From Candidatus Cloacimonadales bacterium (lineage in GTDB: Bacteria; Cloacimonadota; Cloacimonadia; Cloacimonadales; JAIOQZ01), in assembly GCA_963665815.1 (NCBI GenBank), contig OY762463.1, forward strand, positions 1,888,001 to 1,952,000: a stretch of 64,000 nt of DNA, in the 5' to 3' direction. Made by a program: the position numbers and the translations under genes. Under the pieces are notes generated by a model. The model was not told the DNA's origin, did not search any database, and worked only from the letters and a program-made list of their open reading frames with translations. Positions 30,361-39,252 of the stretch are shown one piece after another. Position 1 is the stretch's first letter; each line of letters begins with the position of its first letter.

Positions 30361-32448
30361 CTATTCTCCTTCAATTACAATTTTTGTTATATCTGCAAAG
30401 TTCATAAATAAATCTACTATAAATTTCAGAAGAACATATCTATTATTCCTGAGTTTAACATCTTCAGCATTAACCAGAACTTCATCAAAAAATCTATGTA
30501 TAAAACTGTTCAATGTAATCAGAGTCTGGATAACAAGCTCATAATCTCTTTGTTCCAGCTGTTCACAAACAAGTTTTTCAACTTTCTGATACTCAGAAAA
30601 TAATAAAGTTTCAGCTTCTTCTAAAAATAAATCTCTGTCAACCTTTTCAAATACTTTTACTTTAGAAATAATATTTGCTGCTCGCTTATAACCGGAAACA
30701 AGACTATCAAACTCATCCGTTCCCTTAATATTCTGCAATACTTCAGATTTAAGAATTATTTCGTAAATATTGAAAGTATCACCTATCAATACACTATCTA
30801 CTACATCATAATCATAGTTAACTGATTTCAGATACCATTCTATTCTCTGTTTAAAATACTTAACAACAAAATCAAAGTGTTCTGTATTAAACTTATCTCC
30901 AAGTGCAGAAATGGAGTTTTTCACAAATTCTATCAGATTTAAATCGAATTTTCTGTCTGCAATGATTCTTACAACACCATTTGCGGCTCTTCTCAATGCA
31001 AAGGGATCTTTTGATCCGGTTGGAAGCATGCCAACTCCGATAATACCGCAAATCGTATCCATCTTATCAGCAAGAGCAACAATTGCACCGGCAGGTGTTA
31101 CAGGCAGTTCACTTTTCTCACCTATCGGCTTATAATGATCATTGATTGCTTCAGCAGTTGTTTTATTCTCTCCTGTTTCAAGAGCATAAACATGTCCCAT
31201 ATATCCCTGAAGCTTTGTGAAAGCTTTTTCACTGAGCATCTCCGTCACAAGATCTGCTTTACATAATAATGCTGCTCTTACCGCAGATTCTCCCTCAGCT
31301 TTCTCAACACCCAGTTTCTGTACTAAAAATTCAGCATTCTTTTTTATTCTCTCAGCCTTCTCACTCAGAGTTCCAAGATCTTTCTGGAAGACTACTTCAT
31401 TGAGTCGCTCTGCATGTTGTGAAAGAGGTTTTTTAATATCTTCCTGATAGTAGAATAATGCATCTTCAAGACGAGCATCAACAACCTTTTCATTTCCTCT
31501 GCGAATAACTTCAGAAAAATCAGGATTACCATTGGAAACAAAAATAAACTGGTCTGTAAGATTTCCTTCCTCATCAACTACTGTGAAATATTTCTGATGA
31601 TATGATAATGTGAGTCTGATAATCTCCTGAGGTAAACCTGTATATTTACTGTCATATCTGGCGAGTATTGCCGTAGGAAATTCAACAAGATCCGTAACTG
31701 TATCAAGTAAAGCCTGATCATCAATTATCTTTATTGAATTTTGGGAGCATATTGCATCTATCTGATTTTTTATTATCTGTTTTCTTTCATTCCTGTACAC
31801 AATAACTTCGACGGTCTTTAAATCATCGACATAGCTGTTTGCAGATTTTATTATAACAGGATTAGGGATTTTGCGGAATCTTGTACCAAATGATTCTCTA
31901 GCGGACTTAAGACCGTTGTACTCAAAATCAACAACTTCATCATCGAGCAGCATAACAATCCATCTGACAGGTCTGGCAAAATAGAATTTCTCAGAATTCC
32001 ACTTCATTGATTTTGGGAACTGGATGCTATTAAGCATATCTGTTACAGCGCTATTGATTATTTCTTCAGCAGATAATCCACCTGATTCAACTGTAACGCT
32101 AAGGTATTCACCTTTTTCGGTTTTTTTAATTGTAATATTGTCTTCGGAAGCACCGGCAGATCTCAGAAACCCCTGTCCGGCTTTTGTCAAATTTCCCTCA
32201 GAGTCATATGCTGCTTTTACCGCAGGTCCGACTCTTTCTTTGACGATTTTTTCCTGCACCATTTGAAGTTGTCTGAAAAGGACAGAGAACCTTCTTGGCG
32301 ATGAGAATACTTCTACTTTATCAAATTTAAGTTTGCTTTTATTAAAGCTGTTTTCCAGTGTTTTTCTAACATGATTCACTGCTGCAGATATAAATCCTGC
32401 AGGAATCTCTTCTACTCCAAGTTCAAGCAAGAAATCCTTGTAATTCAA
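30361..32448 (-). CDS. glyS: Glycine--tRNA ligase beta subunit
   Basis: LLELGVEEIP, FPKSMKW, FARPVRW, KADL, PTGSKDPFALRR; TTG start after GGAGG. Confidence 0.95.
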   Translation of the reverse strand: MNYKDFLLELGVEEIPAGFISAAVNHVRKTLENSFNKSKLKFDKVEVFSSPRRFSVLFRQLQMVQEKIVKERVGPAVKAAYDSEGNLTKAGQGFLRSAGASEDNITIKKTEKGEYLSVTVESGGLSAEEIINSAVTDMLNSIQFPKSMKWNSEKFYFARPVRWIVMLLDDEVVDFEYNGLKSARESFGTRFRKIPNPVIIKSANSYVDDLKTVEVIVYRNERKQIIKNQIDAICSQNSIKIIDDQALLDTVTDLVEFPTAILARYDSKYTGLPQEIIRLTLSYHQKYFTVVDEEGNLTDQFIFVSNGNPDFSEVIRRGNEKVVDARLEDALFYYQEDIKKPLSQHAERLNEVVFQKDLGTLSEKAERIKKNAEFLVQKLGVEKAEGESAVRAALLCKADLVTEMLSEKAFTKLQGYMGHVYALETGENKTTAEAINDHYKPIGEKSELPVTPAGAIVALADKMDTICGIIGVGMLPTGSKDPFALRRAANGVVRIIADRKFDLNLIEFVKNSISALGDKFNTEHFDFVVKYFKQRIEWYLKSVNYDYDVVDSVLIGDTFNIYEIILKSEVLQNIKGTDEFDSLVSGYKRAANIISKVKVFEKVDRDLFLEEAETLLFSEYQKVEKLVCEQLEQRDYELVIQTLITLNSFIHRFFDEVLVNAEDVKLRNNRYVLLKFIVDLFMNFADITKIVIEGE

Positions 32449-32573
32449 AATTCCTCCGGAATCGCTAATTTTTTAATAATTTACTTAGATTATCACTTCT
32501 GATTTGTCAAAGACGCTATTTGCAGTTTTTATGTCCATATTTTTCTGACAATAAACTAAATAAATTTTCATGC

Positions 32574-32605
32574 AAAAAGAAAAAGCCCGTATAAATTACA
32601 GGCTT
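32574..32605 (-). terminator. Probable Rho-independent terminator
   Basis: AAGCC.GTA...TAC.GGCTT stem with A-run, after the stop at 32638. Confidence 0.55.
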
Positions 32606-32637
32606 GAAGTTTAAATTTTCTATGATAAAAAACGGTA

Positions 32638-33579
32638 TCAGAAATAATAGACAATACCTATCTGATTCCTTACACCCAGATCTCCCTGAGAAACAAAGGA
32701 ATAATCAAATCTGTATTTTTTCCAGTTAACACCAAATCCTGTTGAAAAACCACTGAGAACACCATCTCCGCCTGTCTCCCAGTCACTGGCTCTGCTGTCA
32801 TAACCTGCACGGAGCATTAATCGGTTTCTGTAATTTCCTTCAAGTCCGATATTAAGATATATGTCACTATTTTCCGGCTTATTAATATCTGCATTCAAAA
32901 GCAGAAACTCTCTTGCTTTAATAGATACTCCGGCAGTTATTGTTGTCGGTAGACCTTCATCATATTCAGATTCTGTAAAATATGTCAATTGTTTACCAAG
33001 ATTCTTTACGGCAATCCCTATTTTGATGTTTTCATTTGTTGTCTGATGAAGCAACCCTAAATCCAATGCAATTGCACTTGCAGATTTATCATCTATTGTT
33101 TCGTTTAAAAACTTACCGCTGAAACCAATTCTGATTGCATCACTAACTTTGAAACCCAGACCAAAACCAACAAGTATATCAGATGAACCAAATGTACCAT
33201 GAGTTCCCGTATAAACTCCATTTTCATCTTCAGTTGTTTTGTCAATATCTCCGATTGTGAGAAATTGAGAGAATATGGCAGCAGTAATCTTTTCTTTTAC
33301 AGGTCTGACATAAACAATAGTTCCACCATGATCACTCATCAGGTAATTACAATATGCAGTAGAAACAACTTCCTTTTCAATCTGAGAAATACCGGCAATA
33401 TTAAAAAAAACTGCATCGGCATCGTCTGCAGCACCGGTAAGAGCATTACCCATGGCAGATGAGCGTGTAGCAAAATTTATTTTATAAAAGTTAAAACCGT
33501 TAGTCCCTGCATCATCATGCACTGAAAACAGTGATGAAAAAAGCAATATCATTACAAATGTCAAAATGGCATTCTTCAT
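32638..33579 (-). CDS. PorV/PorQ-family outer-membrane protein (second copy)
   Basis: FYKINFATRSSAMGNA...AVFFNIAGI signature; DLG, LRAGY, FDYSF strands; terminal YYF. Confidence 0.8.
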   Translation of the reverse strand: MKNAILTFVMILLFSSLFSVHDDAGTNGFNFYKINFATRSSAMGNALTGAADDADAVFFNIAGISQIEKEVVSTAYCNYLMSDHGGTIVYVRPVKEKITAAIFSQFLTIGDIDKTTEDENGVYTGTHGTFGSSDILVGFGLGFKVSDAIRIGFSGKFLNETIDDKSASAIALDLGLLHQTTNENIKIGIAVKNLGKQLTYFTESEYDEGLPTTITAGVSIKAREFLLLNADINKPENSDIYLNIGLEGNYRNRLMLRAGYDSRASDWETGGDGVLSGFSTGFGVNWKKYRFDYSFVSQGDLGVRNQIGIVYYF

Positions 33580-34019
33580 ATTTTTACTTCCTTTAATAGG
33601 TCAAATATAGCTTCTACAGTATTACACTGTTTGAGCCTGTCATGATTTTCCTTATTCGCTACAAATCCGGAAACAGCTCCAAGAGCTCTCATATATTCTT
33701 TTTTATTTTCCTCCGGTATAGCAAACATGAAAACTAAGTCAACACCTTCTTCGTCAAGAGAATCAAAGTCAATCATATTGTCAAGAATATATACGGCACA
33801 CTTCAGTTCATCTATAGAACGTGATCTTGCATGTGGTATTCCAATATTTCTGCCTAATCCTGTTGACATTGTGTTTTCTCTATCCATTATCAACTCAAGA
33901 AAATGGTCAAAGTCACTAATAAAACCCTTATCTGCAAACATGGATGCCATTGATTCAAGACATTCAATTTTATTATCCATTGCCGCAATTTTTATGAGTT
34001 CAATATCAAAAACTGACAT
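33576..34019 (-). CDS. PTS EIIA domain protein (fructose/Ntr-like)
   Basis: RENTMSTGLGRNIGIPHAR with the phospho-His; IDFDSLD. Confidence 0.9.
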   Translation of the reverse strand: MSVFDIELIKIAAMDNKIECLESMASMFADKGFISDFDHFLELIMDRENTMSTGLGRNIGIPHARSRSIDELKCAVYILDNMIDFDSLDEEGVDLVFMFAIPEENKKEYMRALGAVSGFVANKENHDRLKQCNTVEAIFDLLKEVKI

Positions 34020-34169
34020 TATTCTCCTCTAATTCGATTTACAGCTTTTCTATGTTCATCCGTAAAAAATGTAAAGTTTTTTTCAGGATATTTTGTAGTA
34101 CACAAGGCAGAAAGAAATTGTATACCTATTTAAGTTTGACAGATTTACTATCCTGTGTAAATTTTCTTT

Positions 34170-34796
34170 ATGAAAAAGATTTTAGTGTTTATTATGATTT
34201 CTCTTGTATCAGGCATCCTTGCTTATAATGATTCTGATTTCATTAGAGAACAGGCTGAAGCTGCAGCTGAAAAAATCAGCAGTAAAATTAAGCATGATAC
34301 AGTTATTGCTCTTAAAATAGACGATAATACTGATAACAGGCTTTTCACAGCATCTCTGACAGAAAATCTTTTAAGTAAAACCAATATACGTGTTACCGAT
34401 ATTGATAACAGAAAAGAGCTATTCCGGGAAGCAGTTAAACAACATGGTAGATTTCAGGAAGAAAATAAGAATGAGATACGTTTCAGAAATCCGGAGCTTA
34501 TGGTTATTGGTTCTGTTGAATACAGTATTCGATCAAGAATGTTCAAGAAAAAACAAATTCTTAATCTGAATTTAAACATTGACGAAATACACACTAATGT
34601 AACACTATATAAAATTGCTGAGACATATTACAAAAAGAAACCAATTCCTGTTATGCTTTTAATAACAGCTTTGTTTCTGCTTACGGTAATATTGATTATA
34701 ATTAATTCAATGACAAAAGGTTATTTCAGTAAAATACTGACAGTTCTGTATATTTTATTTGTTATTACCGCTGCTTCATGGTATTTTCTGATTTAG
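34170..34796 (+). CDS. Hypothetical membrane protein (signal peptide, two C-terminal TM helices)
   Basis: 208-aa ORF with hydrophobic N-terminus and two C-terminal hydrophobic segments. Confidence 0.65.
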   Translation: MKKILVFIMISLVSGILAYNDSDFIREQAEAAAEKISSKIKHDTVIALKIDDNTDNRLFTASLTENLLSKTNIRVTDIDNRKELFREAVKQHGRFQEENKNEIRFRNPELMVIGSVEYSIRSRMFKKKQILNLNLNIDEIHTNVTLYKIAETYYKKKPIPVMLLITALFLLTVILIIINSMTKGYFSKILTVLYILFVITAASWYFLI

Positions 34797-34806
34797 AGGA
34801 GTCATT

Positions 34807-36975
34807 ATGCAGAAATTATTTCTGAAATTATCTGAGCTTAAAAGTATTGCCAGAAAAGAAGTGAATAATCACGTTAAAAACTGGGATTCTTCACAGAAGG
34901 TTATTAACAAGCTTATTGGAACATCGGCCACAAACAAAGACTGGTTCCAGGAGGCTTCCCAGCAATATTCGCTGTCGAGAAAAGCCATAGGTACAAAAAA
35001 AATAGATTATCTTGTTAATGCTCTCTTCAATGCTTACAAATGTTATTATCGAATGGAATACAGCAGATTCAATGACAGCAGGGTAACAGATCTTAAGTCC
35101 AAACTTGAAAAAACCTACCTTAATTCTGCTTTAAACTATATTGATGATATCATTAAGGCAGAAACAGACATATCTGAAAACATCCGTTTTCTTAATGAGT
35201 CAATAGCACTTATCTCTGAAGAAAATCCTTCCATGGGAGCTTCCTATAAAAAAATTCTTCGTAGATTCAGAACAGTTTCAGAGGTTACACAGAGTATTTC
35301 CAAGTTGTGTTCCGAACCAATTGAAGACTTCGATGAAGAAAAATCTGTTAAGATCAGAAACTCATATCTTATGATCGAAGATAATTTAAAGAATTCTCAG
35401 GACAGCCGAAATGATCTGATGGTGATTCTGAGAAACAAAATGGAGGATCTCTACAACTATTACAATGAGCTTATCGAGTTTGAAAAAGCAAAGAATAATC
35501 CCTCAATAGAAAAACTGACAAAACTGTACCAACAGTTTGAAAAGTACTTCTTCAATTGGAAACCTTTTATATATTCTAAGAAATATAAAAAACTGGCAGA
35601 TTCTAAAAAGCAGTTTTCTCAATACCTTCATTTTATCAATAAGCAATACCCGGAACTGAAAAAAGCTTATGATTACTGTTCTTATCCAAGATCAACCTAT
35701 GACGAGAACAGAATACTTAACAGCTTTAATATTGCCGTACAGAACAAGGATATAAGCAGTCTGAATTTCAAAGAAATAGTTGATTTGAAACCGGATATAA
35801 ATGATATGCTGGCAATATTCAGAAAAGTGCTGAACAACATCTATAAAAATGATCTCCTTCAGTATTATGATCTTTTTAACAACATCATCAATTCACCTGT
35901 TTCAAGTGTTAAAATCAAAGAGCTGATAAGATTTGAGAAACATCTCGAAGAAACAATAACCAATAAAAGCAATGCAGAATACTTCACCTCCAGATTAACA
36001 AACATGAAGCAGCAGGTTCACGAGGATTTATATGAGCTTCTCAATTCCCTCGTGCATAATACGTTGGAAAAAGCAGATAATCATAATGAGATAAAGAAGA
36101 ATCTGGATGATATCATCCAGTATTACATGGAGATCGGAGATATTGATAAAATCGAAGAGGTACAGCGGATTAAGAAAAATGTAATTGCAGCAATTCATGA
36201 TATGCAGATTATCCTTCAGCAACTGGAATCAACGGAATCTGAACCGGGGAATGCACTTTTGAAAAAACTTCAGAAAAGCTATTATTCCGCATTGGATAAA
36301 TCTAAGGATGTTTATTGTACAATCATTGAAAATCTATCTAACAGAATTAGCAAGTACATCAAAAAAGACTCCGTTTCTGCTATTGAAAAAAGTCATACTC
36401 GGTTAGTTATAATGGATAAATTCAGTTTAAAGAACTATGTTATTTTTATTCAGAATGATGTTACTTTCGGAAGACACGAAGACAATGATATTATTCTGAA
36501 ATGTGACTGGGTTTCCGAAAAGCATATGAAAATAGCACAAAGAGAACAGAAAATATGTGATCTTAACAGTACTAACGGAACTTTTGCCGATGGTAGCAAA
36601 ATTAACGGTTGTATTCCCGTTAACTCAGTGAAAACCTTCGATATTTCCGGAGTTTTTCATTTTTCAGTCCAATCTTTGAACTCTGTTTGTAACTTTAAAC
36701 TTCAACATATTGACAGTACTCAATACCTTTCCGATGAGGATAATAAGGATTTTATCAGTTCTCTGCTGAATACGGAGTTTATTCTGCTTGGAAATAACGG
36801 ACAATGCAGTATTAACACGGTTACGGGGAATATTGAGAATTCACCGGGAAATCAAACATTTAACATTCAGGCACTAAATGGAAAATTCCATTACAGCACT
36901 TCCATTAACGATACTCCGGAATTGATAACAGACAGTAAAAATCTCTCTGAAAGGTATACATTTAATCTGACATGA
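34807..36975 (+). CDS. FHA-domain protein with long helical N-terminal region
   Basis: TFGRHEDNDIIL..VSEKH...DLNSTNGTF carries the FHA G-R, S-x-x-H and N-G-T motifs. Confidence 0.8.
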   Translation: MQKLFLKLSELKSIARKEVNNHVKNWDSSQKVINKLIGTSATNKDWFQEASQQYSLSRKAIGTKKIDYLVNALFNAYKCYYRMEYSRFNDSRVTDLKSKLEKTYLNSALNYIDDIIKAETDISENIRFLNESIALISEENPSMGASYKKILRRFRTVSEVTQSISKLCSEPIEDFDEEKSVKIRNSYLMIEDNLKNSQDSRNDLMVILRNKMEDLYNYYNELIEFEKAKNNPSIEKLTKLYQQFEKYFFNWKPFIYSKKYKKLADSKKQFSQYLHFINKQYPELKKAYDYCSYPRSTYDENRILNSFNIAVQNKDISSLNFKEIVDLKPDINDMLAIFRKVLNNIYKNDLLQYYDLFNNIINSPVSSVKIKELIRFEKHLEETITNKSNAEYFTSRLTNMKQQVHEDLYELLNSLVHNTLEKADNHNEIKKNLDDIIQYYMEIGDIDKIEEVQRIKKNVIAAIHDMQIILQQLESTESEPGNALLKKLQKSYYSALDKSKDVYCTIIENLSNRISKYIKKDSVSAIEKSHTRLVIMDKFSLKNYVIFIQNDVTFGRHEDNDIILKCDWVSEKHMKIAQREQKICDLNSTNGTFADGSKINGCIPVNSVKTFDISGVFHFSVQSLNSVCNFKLQHIDSTQYLSDEDNKDFISSLLNTEFILLGNNGQCSINTVTGNIENSPGNQTFNIQALNGKFHYSTSINDTPELITDSKNLSERYTFNLT

Positions 36976-38159
36976 TGAGATTTATTTTTTTTCTCCTGAT
37001 ATGTCTTCTTGCTTCTATCGGCTTAGTTGCTGATGAGTCGTTAACAGCTATATCCACCAATCCTGAAAGAGCAAAGCAAAAGCTATCTGAAACTGCTGTA
37101 AAAAGATTTACGGATGAAAGAATAGATGATTTATCTCAAATACTCCCACTTGGTAAAAAAAGTTTGAACTATTTGTTTGTCTATAAATCAGAGATACCTG
37201 ACAGCATGATTTCGCTTAATAAAGCAGAGGATAAAGAAATATATACAGCGGTAACTTCACCATCGTATTTTTTAAAGGTCAATATTCAGGAAAAATCGGG
37301 ACAATTCTTCAATATGGCAAAAGAGAATGTTAAGACAGCAGATAAATTTATTACTGATAAAGCATATTACAATGGATTAAAGCATTACATCCTTGCGCTG
37401 GATCAGGCATTATGCTCCTTTCATAGTTCTGCTGACAGTATTGTTATCATTACACTGAAAAATATCAGCAACATTATGGAAAAGCAGAGTATTCACGCAC
37501 CTGCAGCCAAGTTAATTTTTACTGGACCCGAGCAGAAAATCAACTTCAGGATATATTTTGATACACAACCGGAATTCTCAGTAGCAGGAATACCATTTGA
37601 GATTTCATACAATGATAAGAAGATAAGAAGATATACAGACAAGAACGGTTATATTGAAGTAACTCCTGCTATTCCTAATGGAGAAACAAAATTCTTCTTT
37701 AAGGCATATCTCTCCTGGAAAATCATTTCCGATATGAAGCTTCAGCAGAAAAGCATGATAACTCATATACTTGATAAGTACTGTAACTCTGCCGCGAATA
37801 CATTTGATGTAGTACTGCTCGGAGAACGTAAGATTTTCATCAGAAACAATATGTATTCCGAATTCTCCGGTATGTTAACAGATATGGGTTATACAATTGT
37901 AAGAGGAGAAAATCAGGCAGATTACTTTTTTGATATGAAATTCGTCACTATTGAAAAGGGAGAAGGACAGTACGACAGCTTTTATGCTCTTGTCTTCGCA
38001 GAAGCATCCATAGTAGATAAACAGGGAAAAGTCATTTCGGAGTGGCATTCCAGGAAGTACGAACGTTACTCGGAAGTTTCAGAAGATGATGCAGTTGAAA
38101 GAACTCACCAACCGGCAATAAAGAGCCTTAAATACAACATATCCGGTCAAACTGACTGA
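36972..38159 (+). CDS. Hypothetical exported protein
   Basis: 395-aa ORF with signal peptide; ATGA overlap with the FHA gene. Confidence 0.65.
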   Translation: MMRFIFFLLICLLASIGLVADESLTAISTNPERAKQKLSETAVKRFTDERIDDLSQILPLGKKSLNYLFVYKSEIPDSMISLNKAEDKEIYTAVTSPSYFLKVNIQEKSGQFFNMAKENVKTADKFITDKAYYNGLKHYILALDQALCSFHSSADSIVIITLKNISNIMEKQSIHAPAAKLIFTGPEQKINFRIYFDTQPEFSVAGIPFEISYNDKKIRRYTDKNGYIEVTPAIPNGETKFFFKAYLSWKIISDMKLQQKSMITHILDKYCNSAANTFDVVLLGERKIFIRNNMYSEFSGMLTDMGYTIVRGENQADYFFDMKFVTIEKGEGQYDSFYALVFAEASIVDKQGKVISEWHSRKYERYSEVSEDDAVERTHQPAIKSLKYNISGQTD

Positions 38160-38165
38160 CAATTT

Positions 38166-38638
38166 CAGATTTCATCAGCAAAATTACTGACTGAGAACTC
38201 ATTTTTTTATTTAGAATAGAATAAATCTGAAATATCATCTAAAATTCAGTGTAAAAATGTGTATTAAAAAGGACCGCTATGAGGCAGTCCTTAAAATTCT
38301 TTTTTGTAGTGCTAGTATTATCTTATAGCAAACAATTCCAATCTTTTTTCATACTTAGATTTAATCCTGAACAGTTCAGTATCACTCAAAAAATGCAAGT
38401 TGATGATATTACAGATTTCATCAGCAAAATTACTGACTGAGAACTCATTTTTTTATTTAGAATAGAATAAATCTGAAATATCATCTATAATTCAGTGTAA
38501 AAATGTGTATTAAAAAATGGACCGCTATGAGGCAGTCCTTAAAATTCTTTTTTGTAGTGCTAGTGTTATCTTATTGCAAACAATTCCAATCTTTTTTCAT
38601 ACTTAGATTTAATCCTGAACAGTTCAGTATCACTCAAA
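38166..38638. repeat. Tandem direct repeat (~225 bp; copies 38166-38390 and 38412-38638) including the nrdG 3' end
   Basis: Both copies run CAGATTTCATCAGC...GTATCACTCAAA; I count three substitutions and a 2-nt indel; 21-nt spacer. Confidence 0.95.
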
Positions 38639-39252
38639 CTTGTTTTTTTCCTATATTCAGGATCAAGTGTATTGCTTGATTTAAACTTCTGGACATAGTA
38701 CGTTTCCTTGCCCTGGATCAATCCGGTAATTTCACCAATATCTTCACCATCAATAAGATCGTCCACAACAGTTGTACGGAATTCGTGTTTTACATTTGAT
38801 TTCAAAATAATATCTATACTCCTGAATGCATTATCAATATCGTCCGCATTTGAAGTAAACATTTTGTACTTTTTGAAACTGGATTTAATATCCATAGCTA
38901 TATAATCCAGCAGGCCTTTTTCAATCAGACTTCGGATTACTTCCGGTCTTGTCCCGTTAGTATCAAGTTTAACGAGATAGCCCATTGCTTTGATTTCCTC
39001 AATGAATTCTTCTAAGTCCGGCTGCAGGGTTGGTTCTCCACCGGTTATAGTAACAGCATCAAGAAAATGCTTTCTCTGACTTAGACTATTTATCACTTCT
39101 GCCTGAGAAAATCTGTTTTCACACTTTCCTACCAGTTGAGCATTATGACAGTAAGGGCAATTCATATTGCATCCGGCAGTAAACACTATCGCTGTCAGTT
39201 TTCCATCCGGATAATCCAGCATGGAAAACTTTTCGAAACCACCAATTATCAT
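38566..39252 (-). CDS. nrdG: Anaerobic ribonucleotide reductase activating protein (radical SAM)
   Basis: GCNMNCPYCHN, TGGEPTL, KLDTNG; directly downstream of nrdD. Confidence 0.92.
   Translation of the reverse strand: MIIGGFEKFSMLDYPDGKLTAIVFTAGCNMNCPYCHNAQLVGKCENRFSQAEVINSLSQRKHFLDAVTITGGEPTLQPDLEEFIEEIKAMGYLVKLDTNGTRPEVIRSLIEKGLLDYIAMDIKSSFKKYKMFTSNADDIDNAFRSIDIILKSNVKHEFRTTVVDDLIDGEDIGEITGLIQGKETYYVQKFKSSNTLDPEYRKKTSLSDTELFRIKSKYEKRLELFAIR

Noticed and set aside
30361-32448. glyS without adjacent glyQ
   Set aside because: Split glyQ/glyS is not rare; glyQ probably lies outside the window.
38166-38638. CRISPR array or IS ends
   Set aside because: Only two long direct copies; no cas or transposase gene, no terminal inverted repeats.
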